Part shown: piece after piece, positions 37,812-56,164 of the stretch
How the letters are laid out: each line of letters starts with the position of its first letter
How positions within the stretch are numbered: position 1 is the first letter of the stretch
Source of the DNA: Escherichia coli
Lineage (GTDB): Bacteria > Pseudomonadota > Gammaproteobacteria > Enterobacterales > Enterobacteriaceae
DNA length: 64,000 nucleotides
NCBI RefSeq assembly: GCF_003018255.1
Contig: NZ_CP027440.1
Reading direction: 5' to 3' (one strand)
Position numbers and translations under genes: made by a program
Notes under the pieces: model-generated
Databases searched by the model: none
What the model was told of the DNA's origin: nothing
Seen by the model: only the letters and a program-made list of their open reading frames with translations

Positions 37812-37919
37812 ACTGTTGATTATTTAATCTCTCCTTCGTTGGCAAATCATCTGGTCTCATGTCGCTGTCAAACGCCCCATGAGGTAGTTATCCAGTTAAT
37901 GAGAAACAAGTAGGCACCT

Positions 37920-38147
37920 ATGCAATACACTCCAGATACTGCGTGGAAAATCACTGGCTTTTCCCGTGAAATCAGCCCGGCATATCGCCAAAAACTGCTT
38001 TCTCTAGGCATGTTACCTGGCTCCTCTTTTAATGTGGTGCGCGTCGCTCCACTCGGCGACCCCATTCATATCGAAACCCGTCGTGTGAGCCTGGTATTAC
38101 GCAAAAAAGATCTGGCCTTATTAGAAGTGGAAGCGGTTTCCTGTTAA
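37920..38147 (+). CDS. feoA: Ferrous iron transport protein A
   Basis: 75 aa; [14 protein letters not shown]. Confidence 0.9.
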   Translation: MQYTPDTAWKITGFSREISPAYRQKLLSLGMLPGSSFNVVRVAPLGDPIHIETRRVSLVLRKKDLALLEVEAVSC

Positions 38148-38163
38148 TACGGTGATAACAACA

Positions 38164-40485
38164 ATGAAAAAATTAACCATTGGCTTAATTGGTAATCCAA
38201 ATTCTGGCAAGACAACCTTATTTAACCAGCTCACTGGCGCACGTCAGCGTGTAGGTAACTGGGCTGGCGTTACCGTCGAACGTAAAGAAGGGCAATTCTC
38301 CACCACCGATCATCAGGTCACGCTGGTGGACCTGCCCGGCACCTACTCTCTGACCACCATCTCATCGCAGACCTCGCTCGATGAGCAAATCGCCTGTCAC
38401 TATATTCTGAGTGGCGACGCCGACCTGCTGATTAACGTGGTGGATGCGTCTAACCTTGAGCGTAACCTGTACCTGACGCTGCAACTGCTGGAACTCGGCA
38501 TTCCCTGCATCGTGGCACTGAACATGCTCGACATTGCCGAGAAGCAAAATATTCGTATTGAAATTGATGCTCTGTCGGCACGTCTTGGCTGCCCGGTGAT
38601 CCCGCTGGTTTCAACCCGTGGTCGCGGTATTGAAGCGCTCAAGCTGGCGATTGATCGCTATAAAGCTAACGAGAATGTGGAACTGGTGCATTACGCACAG
38701 CCGCTACTCAACGAAGCAGATTCACTGGCAAAAGTGATGCCTTCCGACATCCCGCTGAAACAACGTCGCTGGCTGGGCCTGCAAATGCTGGAAGGCGATA
38801 TCTACAGCCGCGCCTACGCCGGTGAAGCGTCGCAGCATCTTGATGCCGCCCTCGCCCGTCTGCGTAATGAGATGGACGATCCGGCGCTGCACATTGCCGA
38901 TGCGCGTTACCAGTGCATTGCTGCTATTTGTGATGTGGTAAGCAACACCTTGACGGCAGAACCCAGCCGTTTCACCACTGCGGTAGATAAAATCGTGCTC
39001 AACCGTTTCCTCGGTCTGCCGATTTTCCTCTTTGTGATGTACCTGATGTTCCTGCTGGCTATCAACATCGGCGGGGCGTTACAGCCGCTGTTTGACGTCG
39101 GTTCCGTGGCACTTTTTGTGCATGGTATTCAATGGATTGGCTACACGCTCCACTTCCCGGACTGGCTGACTATCTTCCTCGCCCAGGGCCTGGGCGGTGG
39201 TATTAACACCGTTCTGCCACTGGTGCCGCAGATCGGCATGATGTACCTGTTCCTCTCCTTCCTCGAGGACTCCGGCTATATGGCGCGTGCGGCGTTTGTG
39301 ATGGACCGTCTGATGCAGGCGCTGGGCTTGCCGGGGAAATCCTTTGTACCGCTGATCGTTGGTTTCGGTTGTAACGTACCGTCGGTAATGGGTGCACGTA
39401 CGCTTGATGCACCGCGTGAACGTCTGATGACCATCATGATGGCACCGTTTATGTCCTGCGGCGCGCGTCTGGCTATCTTCGCAGTATTCGCGGCTGCCTT
39501 CTTCGGGCAGAACGGTGCGCTGGCGGTCTTCTCGCTGTATATGCTCGGTATTGTGATGGCGGTGCTGACTGGCCTGATGCTCAAGTACACCATCATGCGC
39601 GGTGAAGCGACGCCGTTTGTCATGGAGCTACCGGTCTACCATGTACCACACGTTAAAAGCCTGATTATCCAGACCTGGCAGCGTCTGAAAGGCTTCGTTC
39701 TGCGTGCTGGTAAAGTGATTATCATCGTCAGCATTTTCCTGAGTGCTTTCAACAGCTTCTCGCTGAGCGGGAAAATCGTCGATAACATCAACGACTCGGC
39801 GCTGGCTTCCGTCAGCCGGGTGATCACCCCAGTCTTCAAGCCGATTGGCGTGCATGAAGATAACTGGCAGGCAACGGTTGGCCTGTTTACAGGCGCAATG
39901 GCGAAAGAAGTGGTGGTGGGCACGCTCAACACCCTCTACACCGCAGAAAATATTCAGGACGAAGAGTTCAATCCGGCAGAATTTAACCTCGGTGAAGAGC
40001 TTTTCAGCGCGGTAGATGAAACCTGGCAGAGCCTGAAAGACACCTTCAGCCTTAGCGTACTGATGAACCCCATTGAAGCCAGCAAAGGCGACGGCGAAAT
40101 GGGTACCGGGGCGATGGGCGTGATGGATCAGAAATTCGGTAGCGCAGCAGCAGCTTACAGCTACCTGATTTTCGTCCTGCTGTATGTACCATGTATCTCG
40201 GTGATGGGAGCCATCGCCCGTGAATCAAGCCGTGGCTGGATGGGCTTCTCCATCCTGTGGGGGCTGAATATCGCTTACTCGCTGGCAACATTGTTCTATC
40301 AGGTCGCCAGCTACAGTCAGCACCCAACTTACAGCCTGGTGTGCATTCTGGCGGTTATCCTGTTTAACATTGTGGTTATCGGTTTGCTGCGTCGCGCGCG
40401 TAGCCGGGTGGATATCGAACTGCTGGCAACCCGCAAGTCGGTAAGCAGTTGCTGCGCAGCCAGCACCACCGGTGATTGCCATTAA
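38164..40485 (+). CDS. feoB: Ferrous iron transporter FeoB (GTPase plus permease)
   Basis: Start [21 protein letters not shown] (G1 motif); 773 aa; multi-TM C-terminal domain. Confidence 0.95.
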   Translation: MKKLTIGLIGNPNSGKTTLFNQLTGARQRVGNWAGVTVERKEGQFSTTDHQVTLVDLPGTYSLTTISSQTSLDEQIACHYILSGDADLLINVVDASNLERNLYLTLQLLELGIPCIVALNMLDIAEKQNIRIEIDALSARLGCPVIPLVSTRGRGIEALKLAIDRYKANENVELVHYAQPLLNEADSLAKVMPSDIPLKQRRWLGLQMLEGDIYSRAYAGEASQHLDAALARLRNEMDDPALHIADARYQCIAAICDVVSNTLTAEPSRFTTAVDKIVLNRFLGLPIFLFVMYLMFLLAINIGGALQPLFDVGSVALFVHGIQWIGYTLHFPDWLTIFLAQGLGGGINTVLPLVPQIGMMYLFLSFLEDSGYMARAAFVMDRLMQALGLPGKSFVPLIVGFGCNVPSVMGARTLDAPRERLMTIMMAPFMSCGARLAIFAVFAAAFFGQNGALAVFSLYMLGIVMAVLTGLMLKYTIMRGEATPFVMELPVYHVPHVKSLIIQTWQRLKGFVLRAGKVIIIVSIFLSAFNSFSLSGKIVDNINDSALASVSRVITPVFKPIGVHEDNWQATVGLFTGAMAKEVVVGTLNTLYTAENIQDEEFNPAEFNLGEELFSAVDETWQSLKDTFSLSVLMNPIEASKGDGEMGTGAMGVMDQKFGSAAAAYSYLIFVLLYVPCISVMGAIARESSRGWMGFSILWGLNIAYSLATLFYQVASYSQHPTYSLVCILAVILFNIVVIGLLRRARSRVDIELLATRKSVSSCCAASTTGDCH

Positions 40486-40721
40486 TGGCTTCACTTATTC
40501 AGGTGCGTGATTTGCTGGCGTTACGGGGCCGTATGGAAGCGGCCCAGATAAGCCAGACATTGAACACTCCGCAGCCAATGATTAACGCCATGCTGCAACA
40601 GCTGGAAAGCATGGGCAAAGCCGTGCGGATTCAGGAAGAACCTGACGGCTGCCTCTCTGGCAGTTGTAAAAGCTGCCCGGAAGGCAAAGCCTGTCTGCGC
40701 GAGTGGTGGGCGCTGCGTTAA
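40485..40721 (+). CDS. feoC: FeoC (winged helix, Cys-rich)
   Basis: Start [11 protein letters not shown] in a TAATG overlap with the feoB stop; CxxGxCKxCPxGxAC motif; 78 aa. Confidence 0.85.
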   Translation: MASLIQVRDLLALRGRMEAAQISQTLNTPQPMINAMLQQLESMGKAVRIQEEPDGCLSGSCKSCPEGKACLREWWALR

Positions 40722-40923
40722 CCATACTCCATCGCCTGTTTTGAAAAGCCCGGTATGCGTTTGCATCCGGGCTTTTTTGCGTGCGGCTTTCCATAAAAAT
40801 GCAATTCTTGCAGCGCGACGTAAGTTCCTCTGAAAGCGTCTCGCAGGGATGAAAACTGGCTAATGCACAGGTGTGGAGTGGCGCGTAGAGTCGCGGCATT
40901 CAAACAACAGGTGAAGGAACGCC

Positions 40924-41805
40924 ATGAGCAAAAAGCAGAGTTCCACCCCACACGATGCGCTGTTCAAACTCTTTTTACGCCAACCGGAGACGGCACGCGA
41001 TTTTCTTGCGTTTCATTTACCGGCACCCATTCACGCGCTCTGTGATATGAAAACCCTCAAGCTGGAGTCGAGCAGCTTTATTGATGACGATCTGCGTGAA
41101 AGCTATTCCGACGTGCTGTGGTCGGTGAAAACGGAACAAGGACCAGGATACATCTATTGTCTGATTGAACATCAAAGCACCTCAAACAAACTGATCGCAT
41201 TTCGCATGATGCGTTACGCTATTGCCGCAATGCAAAATCACCTTGATGCCGGATACAAAACGTTGCCGATGGTGGTGCCATTGTTGTTTTACCACGGTAT
41301 TGAAAGCCCCTATCCCTATTCGCTGTGTTGGCTGGATTGTTTCGCCGATCCCAACCTGGCAAGGCAGCTCTATGCCTCTGCATTTCCGCTGATTGATGTC
41401 ACCGTCATGCCTGATGATGAAATCATGCAGCACCGACGTATGGCGCTGCTGGAGTTAATTCAAAAACATATTCGTCAACGCGATCTAATGGGGCTGGTAG
41501 AGCAAATGGCCTGCTTATTAAGTAGTGGATACGCTAATGACAGACAAATCAAAGGGCTGTTTAATTACATCTTGCAAACCGGCGATGCGGTACGTTTTAA
41601 CGATTTTATCGACGGCGTTGCCGAACATTCACCGAAACACAAGGAGAGCTTAATGACTATTGCGGAAAGATTGCGGCAAGAGGGGTTTCAGAAAGGTATA
41701 CGAGCTATCGCCAAAACCATGCTGGATGCCGGAGTCCCTCTTGAGGACGTTCTGCGATTTACCAGCCTGACGGTTGAAGACCTTGCTGAAATAAATCATC
41801 AATAA
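40924..41805 (+). CDS. rpnA: Recombination-promoting nuclease RpnA / YhgA (transposase_31, PD-(D/E)XK-like)
   Basis: 293 aa; N-terminus [17 protein letters not shown]; position between feoC and bioH. Confidence 0.85.
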   Translation: MSKKQSSTPHDALFKLFLRQPETARDFLAFHLPAPIHALCDMKTLKLESSSFIDDDLRESYSDVLWSVKTEQGPGYIYCLIEHQSTSNKLIAFRMMRYAIAAMQNHLDAGYKTLPMVVPLLFYHGIESPYPYSLCWLDCFADPNLARQLYASAFPLIDVTVMPDDEIMQHRRMALLELIQKHIRQRDLMGLVEQMACLLSSGYANDRQIKGLFNYILQTGDAVRFNDFIDGVAEHSPKHKESLMTIAERLRQEGFQKGIRAIAKTMLDAGVPLEDVLRFTSLTVEDLAEINHQ

Positions 41806-41822
41806 CGTAAAGGATGGTTTTA

Positions 41823-41996
41823 ATGACAGATGCAGAAAGAGAATATCTTATTAGTTACCTGATTGGTTATTTATTGGGTCGACGCCTGGAAGCCCTGGAT
41901 ATCGCCAAAAGAATGCTGTAATCCGGAGTCCCTCTTGCAGACATCATGCGCTTTACCGGGGTGTCAGAAGAAGAGTTGGCTGCGGCGAGCCAGTAA
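41823..41996 (+). pseudogene. Degenerate duplicate of an rpn-family 3' end (interrupted by in-frame stop and frameshift)
   Basis: Translation IAKRML*/SGVPLADIMRFTGVSEEELAAASQ parallels the RpnA C-terminus [35 protein letters not shown] similarity visible by eye. Confidence 0.45.
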
Positions 41997-42024
41997 AGTT
42001 CTGTCTCGCCATTTCAAAAGCCAC

Positions 42025-43516
<1,492 letters not shown>

Positions 43517-43574
43517 AGCCTCGATGATGGGCGTATTATAACCAACTAAAATAGTCAACTATTAGGCCATTACT

Positions 43575-44150
43575 ATGATCCGTATTTCCGATGCTGCACA
43601 AGCGCACTTTGCCAAACTGCTGGCAAATCAGGAAGAAGGGACACAAATCCGCGTATTTGTGATTAACCCTGGCACGCCTAACGCTGAATGTGGCGTTTCT
43701 TATTGTCCGCCGGACGCTGTAGAAGCCACCGACACTGCCCTGAAATTTGACCTGCTGACCGCGTATGTTGATGAGTTAAGCGCTCCTTACCTGGAAGATG
43801 CAGAGATCGACTTTGTTACAGACCAGTTGGGTTCCCAGTTAACGCTGAAAGCGCCTAACGCCAAAATGCGTAAAGTCGCAGACGATGCACCGCTGATGGA
43901 GCGCGTGGAGTATATGCTGCAGTCGCAGATCAACCCACAGCTTGCTGGTCACGGTGGTCGCGTTTCGCTGATGGAAATCACCGAAGACGGTTACGCCATT
44001 CTGCAATTTGGCGGCGGCTGTAACGGTTGTTCTATGGTAGATGTGACGCTGAAAGAAGGGATCGAGAAGCAGCTGCTGAACGAATTCCCGGAGCTGAAAG
44101 GTGTGCGCGATCTCACCGAACACCAGCGCGGCGAGCACTCCTACTACTAA
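43575..44150 (+). CDS. nfuA: Fe/S biogenesis protein NfuA
   Basis: 191 aa; [12 protein letters not shown]; Nfu CxxC motif GGCNGCSM. Confidence 0.95.
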
Positions 44151-44208
<58 letters not shown>

Positions 44209-44510
44209 GTTGAACATGTGCCAGACGTTGGCGCAGCATTGCTTTGGCAAACCCCTCCCTTCGTTTCCCCGCGATAATATGACCAACCTCTCATAATTTA
44301 AATTTACCCCGCTCTGGTGATTCTCAAACGCCGGATGTTACCCGTATCATTCACGTGGGTACCAAACATACTCCTGACATCTGACTACAATAATTAGTTT
44401 TAGTGGGTATCAGTCGTGGTGCCGCAATATCTCTGTTCCCGATTGGGATAATTAGAGTTTGTCGTCAGAAAATTGACGTTACCCATAACAAATGAAAGGC
44501 CAGGTAAATC

Positions 44511-45827
44511 ATGCCATTAGTCATTGTTGCTATCGGTGTAATCTTGTTGTTGCTCCTGATGATCCGTTTCAAAATGAACGGCTTCATCGCTCTCGTCCTC
44601 GTGGCGCTTGCTGTTGGATTAATGCAAGGAATGCCGCTGGATAAAGTTATTGGCTCCATCAAAGCCGGTGTCGGCGGAACGCTCGGTAGCCTTGCCCTGA
44701 TCATGGGTTTTGGCGCGATGCTGGGCAAAATGCTGGCAGACTGCGGTGGCGCACAACGTATCGCCACCACGCTGATTGCCAAATTTGGTAAAAAACACAT
44801 CCAGTGGGCGGTGGTACTGACTGGTTTTACCGTTGGTTTTGCCCTGTTCTATGAAGTGGGCTTTGTGCTGATGCTGCCGCTGGTGTTTACCATCGCGGCT
44901 TCCGCGAATATTCCACTGCTGTATGTTGGTGTACCAATGGCGGCTGCACTGTCTGTGACCCACGGCTTCCTGCCACCGCATCCGGGTCCGACTGCGATTG
45001 CCACCATTTTCAATGCCGATATGGGTAAAACTCTGCTGTACGGGACTATTCTGGCAATTCCGACCGTGATTCTCGCCGGTCCGGTTTACGCTCGCGTGTT
45101 GAAAGGTATCGATAAGCCGATCCCGGAAGGTCTGTACAGCGCGAAAACCTTCAGCGAAGAAGAGATGCCGAGCTTTGGCGTCAGCGTCTGGACCTCTCTG
45201 GTGCCGGTAGTGCTGATGGCGATGCGTGCGATTGCCGAAATGATCCTGCCGAAAGGTCACGCTTTCCTGCCGGTAGCGGAGTTCCTCGGTGACCCGGTAA
45301 TGGCTACGCTGATTGCCGTACTGATTGCGATGTTCACCTTTGGTCTGAACCGTGGTCGTTCAATGGATCAGATTAACGACACGCTGGTTTCTTCCATCAA
45401 AATCATTGCGATGATGCTGTTGATTATCGGTGGTGGCGGTGCGTTCAAGCAGGTGCTGGTAGACAGCGGCGTGGATAAATACATTGCTTCCATGATGCAC
45501 GAAACCAACATTTCTCCGCTGCTGATGGCCTGGTCGATTGCTGCCGTACTGCGTATCGCGCTGGGTTCTGCAACCGTTGCGGCAATCACTGCAGGTGGTA
45601 TCGCGGCACCGCTGATTGCAACGACGGGTGTTAGCCCGGAGCTGATGGTTATTGCGGTTGGTTCCGGTAGTGTGATTTTCTCTCACGTGAACGATCCGGG
45701 CTTCTGGTTGTTCAAAGAGTACTTTAACCTGACTATCGGCGAGACCATCAAATCCTGGTCGATGCTGGAAACCATTATCTCGGTGTGCGGTCTGGTAGGC
45801 TGTCTGCTGCTGAATATGGTGATTTGA
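44511..45827 (+). CDS. gntT: High-affinity gluconate permease (GntP family)
   Basis: 438 aa polytopic membrane protein; MPLVIVAIGVILLL. Confidence 0.9.
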   Translation: MPLVIVAIGVILLLLLMIRFKMNGFIALVLVALAVGLMQGMPLDKVIGSIKAGVGGTLGSLALIMGFGAMLGKMLADCGGAQRIATTLIAKFGKKHIQWAVVLTGFTVGFALFYEVGFVLMLPLVFTIAASANIPLLYVGVPMAAALSVTHGFLPPHPGPTAIATIFNADMGKTLLYGTILAIPTVILAGPVYARVLKGIDKPIPEGLYSAKTFSEEEMPSFGVSVWTSLVPVVLMAMRAIAEMILPKGHAFLPVAEFLGDPVMATLIAVLIAMFTFGLNRGRSMDQINDTLVSSIKIIAMMLLIIGGGGAFKQVLVDSGVDKYIASMMHETNISPLLMAWSIAAVLRIALGSATVAAITAGGIAAPLIATTGVSPELMVIAVGSGSVIFSHVNDPGFWLFKEYFNLTIGETIKSWSMLETIISVCGLVGCLLLNMVI

Positions 45828-45838
45828 TAACACTGACT

Positions 45839-45859
45839 GCCGGATGCATCGCATCCGGC
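45839..45859. terminator. Bidirectional hairpin between gntT and malQ
   Basis: gccggatgcatcgcatccggc. Confidence 0.6.
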
Positions 45860-45871
45860 ATCAACCGCACT

Positions 45872-47956
45872 CTACTTCTTCTTCGCTGCCGCTCTGCGCC
45901 GTCTGTCCAAATCCTTCAGCAACTTGTTCACGCCATCATCGGCAAACATCGCCTCAAGCGTTGCGGAGAGCTTGCGCCGCCAGTTTTTATACTGGTAACT
46001 GGTGCCGGGAATATTTACCGGATCTGCCATATCCAGCCAGTCTTCCGGCTGTAACCCTAACAGGGCGCTGTTGCTATCGGCGATGTAGCGCTGTAAGCCA
46101 CGATTCAGCGTCGGTGTCATCGACATCAACGATGCCTTATGCCCGGCACGTTTTGGCAGGCAACCATATTTATGCAGAGCATCCAGCAGCCCTTGCTTCG
46201 CCAGTTCGCGATCCTGATACAGACCGCGCAGTACCACTTCATCCGGATACAGCCCCAGCGTTTTGCCCAGCGTTAAATCCCCGCTCTCCCAGTAGCCGCG
46301 TAGCGTAGGCAGGTCGTGTGTCGCCGCAACCGCCATCGACTGCTCTGGGTACGCTTTCGGTGCGCGGAATGTCTTCTCGTGGTCGTTTTCGAAATAGAGC
46401 ACTTTGTAGGAGTACACACCGCTGCTGCGCAGCTTACCGACAATCTCTACCGGTACGGTACCGAGATCTTCACCAATCACCATACAGCGATGACGTTTAC
46501 TTTCGAGTGCCAGAATCGAGAGCAGATCATCCACCGGATAGTGAACATACGCGCCCTGATCTGCCGTCTCGCCATACGGTATCCACCACAAACGCAGCAT
46601 CGACATCACGTGATCAATTCGTAATGCGCCGCAGTTTTGCATATTGGCACGCAACAGCTCGATAAACGGTTCATAGGCACGCGCGGTGATAATATGCGGG
46701 TCCATTGGCGGCAATCCCCAGTTCTGCCCCAACGGGCCGAGGATATCCGGCGGCGCGCCAACCGACGCTTTCAGGCAATACAGTTCACGGTCACACCAGG
46801 TTTCCGCCCCACCTTCCGCTACACCAACGGCCAGATCACGATACAAGCCAATCGGCATTTCATAGCCCTGGCTTATCTCCCAGCAGGCGGCAAACTGGCT
46901 GTAAGCCAGCCACTGCAACCAGAGATAAAAATCGACGTCATCACGATGTTCTTCGCAGAACTGGCGCACTTCTGGTGAATCCACGTTCTGATACATCTCT
47001 GGCCATGCTGGCCAGCCCCAGCGCATTTCGTCCTCTTTCACTTGCTGGGCATGTAGCGCATCAAAGGCTGCCTGCCAGAACAGGCTGTCGCCCTGCTCTG
47101 CAACAAACTGGCGAAACGCGGTCATCTGCTCATCATCACGTTGCGCGAAACCTTTCCACGCCATTCGTAATGCTGTCATTTTTAGGGCGGTAACCGTGGA
47201 GTAATCAACCCAGTCGGCATCCCGCGCCTGTTGCAGCGTCTGTTGCGTGGTCGGCAACTGCCACCAGGCCTGAGCCTCTTCGCTAAGATGGAAATCTTCA
47301 ACTGCGTTAACGTCGATATAAATCACATTCAGCCAACGGCGAGAAGACGGGCTATACGGGCTGGCACTTTCCGGATTTGCCGGATAGAGCGCATGAATCG
47401 GGTTCAGACCGATGAACGACCCGCCACGTTTTGCCACATCCACCAGCATCGCTTTGAGATCGCCAAAATCCCCAATACCCCAGTTTTTTTCCGATCGCAG
47501 CGTATAAAGCTGAACGCAGGCACCCCACAACTTTTGTTTATTCAGCAACGCCTGCGGTTCGTAACAGCGTTTCGGGGCGACAATCACCCGGCAATGCGCG
47601 CGCTGGTCGTCCTGGGTGAGTGTCAGCGTGTGATAACCTTCCGGCAGCTTCGTCGGTAGATTGAACGCTTTGCCCCCCGTTACATGGCCTTTGTACTGCG
47701 TTCCTTCTTCGGTGGTCAGCAGCCAGCTATATTCGCCGCTGCCCTCCACCACCATCGGCATTTTTTTGCCGCTGGTATAAACCATGACATTCGGGACTGG
47801 CGTTACCGCCACTTTCGTGGCGGTACGTTGATGCATCGCGTCAAGCAAACGCCGTTTGGTTTCGGCGCTAATCGACTGCGGTTTACCGTGGGCATTGATG
47901 TAATTGGGGCTAATCCCCGCCGCCAGCGCGGCATTATCCAGACGTTTGCTTTCCAT
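45872..47956 (-). CDS. malQ: 4-alpha-glucanotransferase (amylomaltase)
   Basis: 694 aa; MESKRLDNAALAAGISPNYINAHGK. Confidence 0.95.
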   Translation of the reverse strand: MESKRLDNAALAAGISPNYINAHGKPQSISAETKRRLLDAMHQRTATKVAVTPVPNVMVYTSGKKMPMVVEGSGEYSWLLTTEEGTQYKGHVTGGKAFNLPTKLPEGYHTLTLTQDDQRAHCRVIVAPKRCYEPQALLNKQKLWGACVQLYTLRSEKNWGIGDFGDLKAMLVDVAKRGGSFIGLNPIHALYPANPESASPYSPSSRRWLNVIYIDVNAVEDFHLSEEAQAWWQLPTTQQTLQQARDADWVDYSTVTALKMTALRMAWKGFAQRDDEQMTAFRQFVAEQGDSLFWQAAFDALHAQQVKEDEMRWGWPAWPEMYQNVDSPEVRQFCEEHRDDVDFYLWLQWLAYSQFAACWEISQGYEMPIGLYRDLAVGVAEGGAETWCDRELYCLKASVGAPPDILGPLGQNWGLPPMDPHIITARAYEPFIELLRANMQNCGALRIDHVMSMLRLWWIPYGETADQGAYVHYPVDDLLSILALESKRHRCMVIGEDLGTVPVEIVGKLRSSGVYSYKVLYFENDHEKTFRAPKAYPEQSMAVAATHDLPTLRGYWESGDLTLGKTLGLYPDEVVLRGLYQDRELAKQGLLDALHKYGCLPKRAGHKASLMSMTPTLNRGLQRYIADSNSALLGLQPEDWLDMADPVNIPGTSYQYKNWRRKLSATLEAMFADDGVNKLLKDLDRRRRAAAKKK

Positions 47957-47965
47957 CGAGCTTCC

Positions 47966-50383
<2,418 letters not shown>

Positions 50384-50426
50384 TCAACACAACGTTATCG
50401 CTAGTTTGCCAGGCTCGATGTTGACC

Positions 50427-50475
50427 TTCCTCATCCTGCGGGGGATTAGGCAGGGAGGAGTTGCGGGGATGAGCA
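50427..50475 (-). promoter_or_regulatory. MalT boxes of the malPQ promoter
   Basis: ggggatgag (50465-50473) and reverse-complement ggatgagg (50429-50436) match the MalT box GGGGA(T/G)GAGG, 70-115 nt upstream of malP. Confidence 0.5.
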
Positions 50476-50975
50476 AGGAAATGTGATCTCGACCACTTAA
50501 AGCTAGTGCAAACCACAGGATTAGCAGCAAATCAATGCCATACAGCGCAGAAAATCTGTATCAAAGTGCAAAAAATGGCCGTTGCGTATTTTCAAAAAGC
50601 GGAAGGTAACTCTATAAATTAAGTAAAGGAGTGAAACAGTTTCACAAGTAAAATATCCAGTGTGCTCCATCTCATTCTTAATAGATTTATTAAGATCATC
50701 TTTTTAGATGGCACTTTCATCAGAAATGAAGAAGAAACCCTTGCTTAAATGAAACTGATGAACATAAGGAAAATACCGTACAACCCAGTATTCACGCTGG
50801 ATCAGCGTCGTTTTAGGTGAGTTGTTAATAAACATTTGGAATTGTGACACAGTGCAAATTCAGACACATAAAAAAACGTCATCGCTTGCATTAGAAAGGT
50901 TTCTGGCCGACCTTATAACCATTAATTACGAAGCGCAAAAAAAATAATATTTCCTCATTTTCCACAGTGAAGTGA

Positions 50976-53687
<2,712 letters not shown>

Positions 53688-53692
53688 GTTTA

Positions 53693-53716
53693 GCCGGATA
53701 ATACGTCGGATCCGGC
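53693..53716. terminator. Hairpin between malT and rtcA (convergent)
   Basis: gccggataatacgtcggatccggc. Confidence 0.55.
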
Positions 53717-53729
53717 TTACATCTTTATA

Positions 53730-54749
<1,020 letters not shown>

Positions 54750-55976
54750 TTATCCTTTTACGCACACCACCTGACGCAGGGTATAGATAACTTCCACCAG
54801 ATCGCTTTGTGCCGCCATCACCGCATCAATATCTTTATACGCCATCGGGATTTCGTCGATCACTTCGGCATCTTTACGGCATTCCACATGCGCGGTGGCA
54901 CGAATTTGATCTTCCACGCTGAACATTTTTTTCGCTTTAGTACGGCTCATAACCCGCCCGGCACCGTGGCTGCACGAACAGAACGACTCTTCATTTCCCA
55001 GCCCACGGACGATAAAGCTTTTCGCTCCCATCGACCCTGGAATAATTCCATATTGACCAGCACGCGCAGACACCGCGCCTTTACGCGTCACGTAGATCTC
55101 TTCACCAAAGTGCTGTTCTTTTTGCACATAGTTGTGGTGACAGTTGATCTCTTCCATCGCCAGCGTTTGTGGCTGTCTGACCGTTTTCTGCGTAATGCTC
55201 TGCAACGCCGTTACCACGTTTTCCATCATCGCATCGCGGTTAAGGCTGGCAAAAAGCTGCGCCCAGGCCACGGCTTTCAGGTAATCATCAAAGTATTCCG
55301 TACCTTCCATAAAGTACGCCAGATCACGCGACGGCAATGTTTCAAGCGTTTCCTGCATCTCTTTTTGCGCCAGATCGATAAAGTAAGTCCCGATGGCGTT
55401 ACCAATTCCGCGTGAACCGGAGTGCAGCATAATCCACACCTGGTCCGACTCATCAAGGCAGATTTCAATAAAGTGGTTACCCGTTCCCAGCGTTCCCAGG
55501 TGTTTATAGTTGTTAGTGTTAAGGAAACGGGGATATTTTTGCGTTAACCACTGATAACCGGCTTCCAGCTCAGCCCATTTCGCATCGACGTTAACAGGCG
55601 GATTTTCCCATGCGCCTTTATCACGTTTACAACGTCCGGTAGTACGTCCGTGCGGCACGGCTGTTTCAATCGCCTGACGCAGCTCCGCCAGGTTTTCCGG
55701 CAGGTCTGCCGCCGTTAACGCGGTACGCAGCGCGTTCATTCCACAACCGATATCCACGCCCACCGCCGCCGGAATAATCGCCCCTTTGGTCGGGATCACG
55801 CTACCAATGGTGGAACCTTTACCCAGGTGTACATCCGGCATTACCGCAATATGTTTGAAAATAAACGGCATCTTCGCCGTATTAATAAGTTGCTGACGCG
55901 CATCGGCCTCTACCGGCACGCCTTTGGTCCACATTTTTACCGGGGCATTTTCAGTGGTCAGTAATTCGTAATTCAT
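54750..55976 (-). CDS. rtcB: RNA-splicing ligase RtcB
   Basis: 408 aa; MNYELLTTENAPVKMWTKGVP; His-rich metal site. Confidence 0.95.
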   Translation of the reverse strand: MNYELLTTENAPVKMWTKGVPVEADARQQLINTAKMPFIFKHIAVMPDVHLGKGSTIGSVIPTKGAIIPAAVGVDIGCGMNALRTALTAADLPENLAELRQAIETAVPHGRTTGRCKRDKGAWENPPVNVDAKWAELEAGYQWLTQKYPRFLNTNNYKHLGTLGTGNHFIEICLDESDQVWIMLHSGSRGIGNAIGTYFIDLAQKEMQETLETLPSRDLAYFMEGTEYFDDYLKAVAWAQLFASLNRDAMMENVVTALQSITQKTVRQPQTLAMEEINCHHNYVQKEQHFGEEIYVTRKGAVSARAGQYGIIPGSMGAKSFIVRGLGNEESFCSCSHGAGRVMSRTKAKKMFSVEDQIRATAHVECRKDAEVIDEIPMAYKDIDAVMAAQSDLVEVIYTLRQVVCVKG

Positions 55977-56013
55977 TTTGTTTTTCTCTTTTCGTTGTTT
56001 GCTGTCCTGATAA

Positions 56014-56031
56014 TTGCAACCGTCGTGCCAG
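56014..56031 (-). promoter_or_regulatory. Sigma-54 (-24/-12) promoter of rtcBA
   Basis: Minus-strand sequence ctGGCACGacggTTGCAa matches TGGCACG-N4-TTGCA; about 40 nt upstream of rtcB ATG; cognate bEBP gene rtcR is divergent. Confidence 0.8.
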
Positions 56032-56164
56032 AAAATTAAATAAGCAGCTTAATTTTTTTATTTATTGTTTTTAAAAAGATTATATCTTTACGTCCGTAAC
56101 CGGAGATTTCCCGCAAAGCCGATTTACCGATAATGAAATCTCGTCTTTTATAAGGATATCTAAG

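Noticed and set aside
40924-41805. rpnA/yhgA as a mobile element (transposase_31 family name)
   Set aside because: No terminal inverted repeats or target duplications seen; Rpn proteins are chromosomal PD-(D/E)XK nucleases, not active transposases
44619-45260. 213 aa ORF antisense to gntT
   Set aside because: Shadow ORF inside the GntP permease gene
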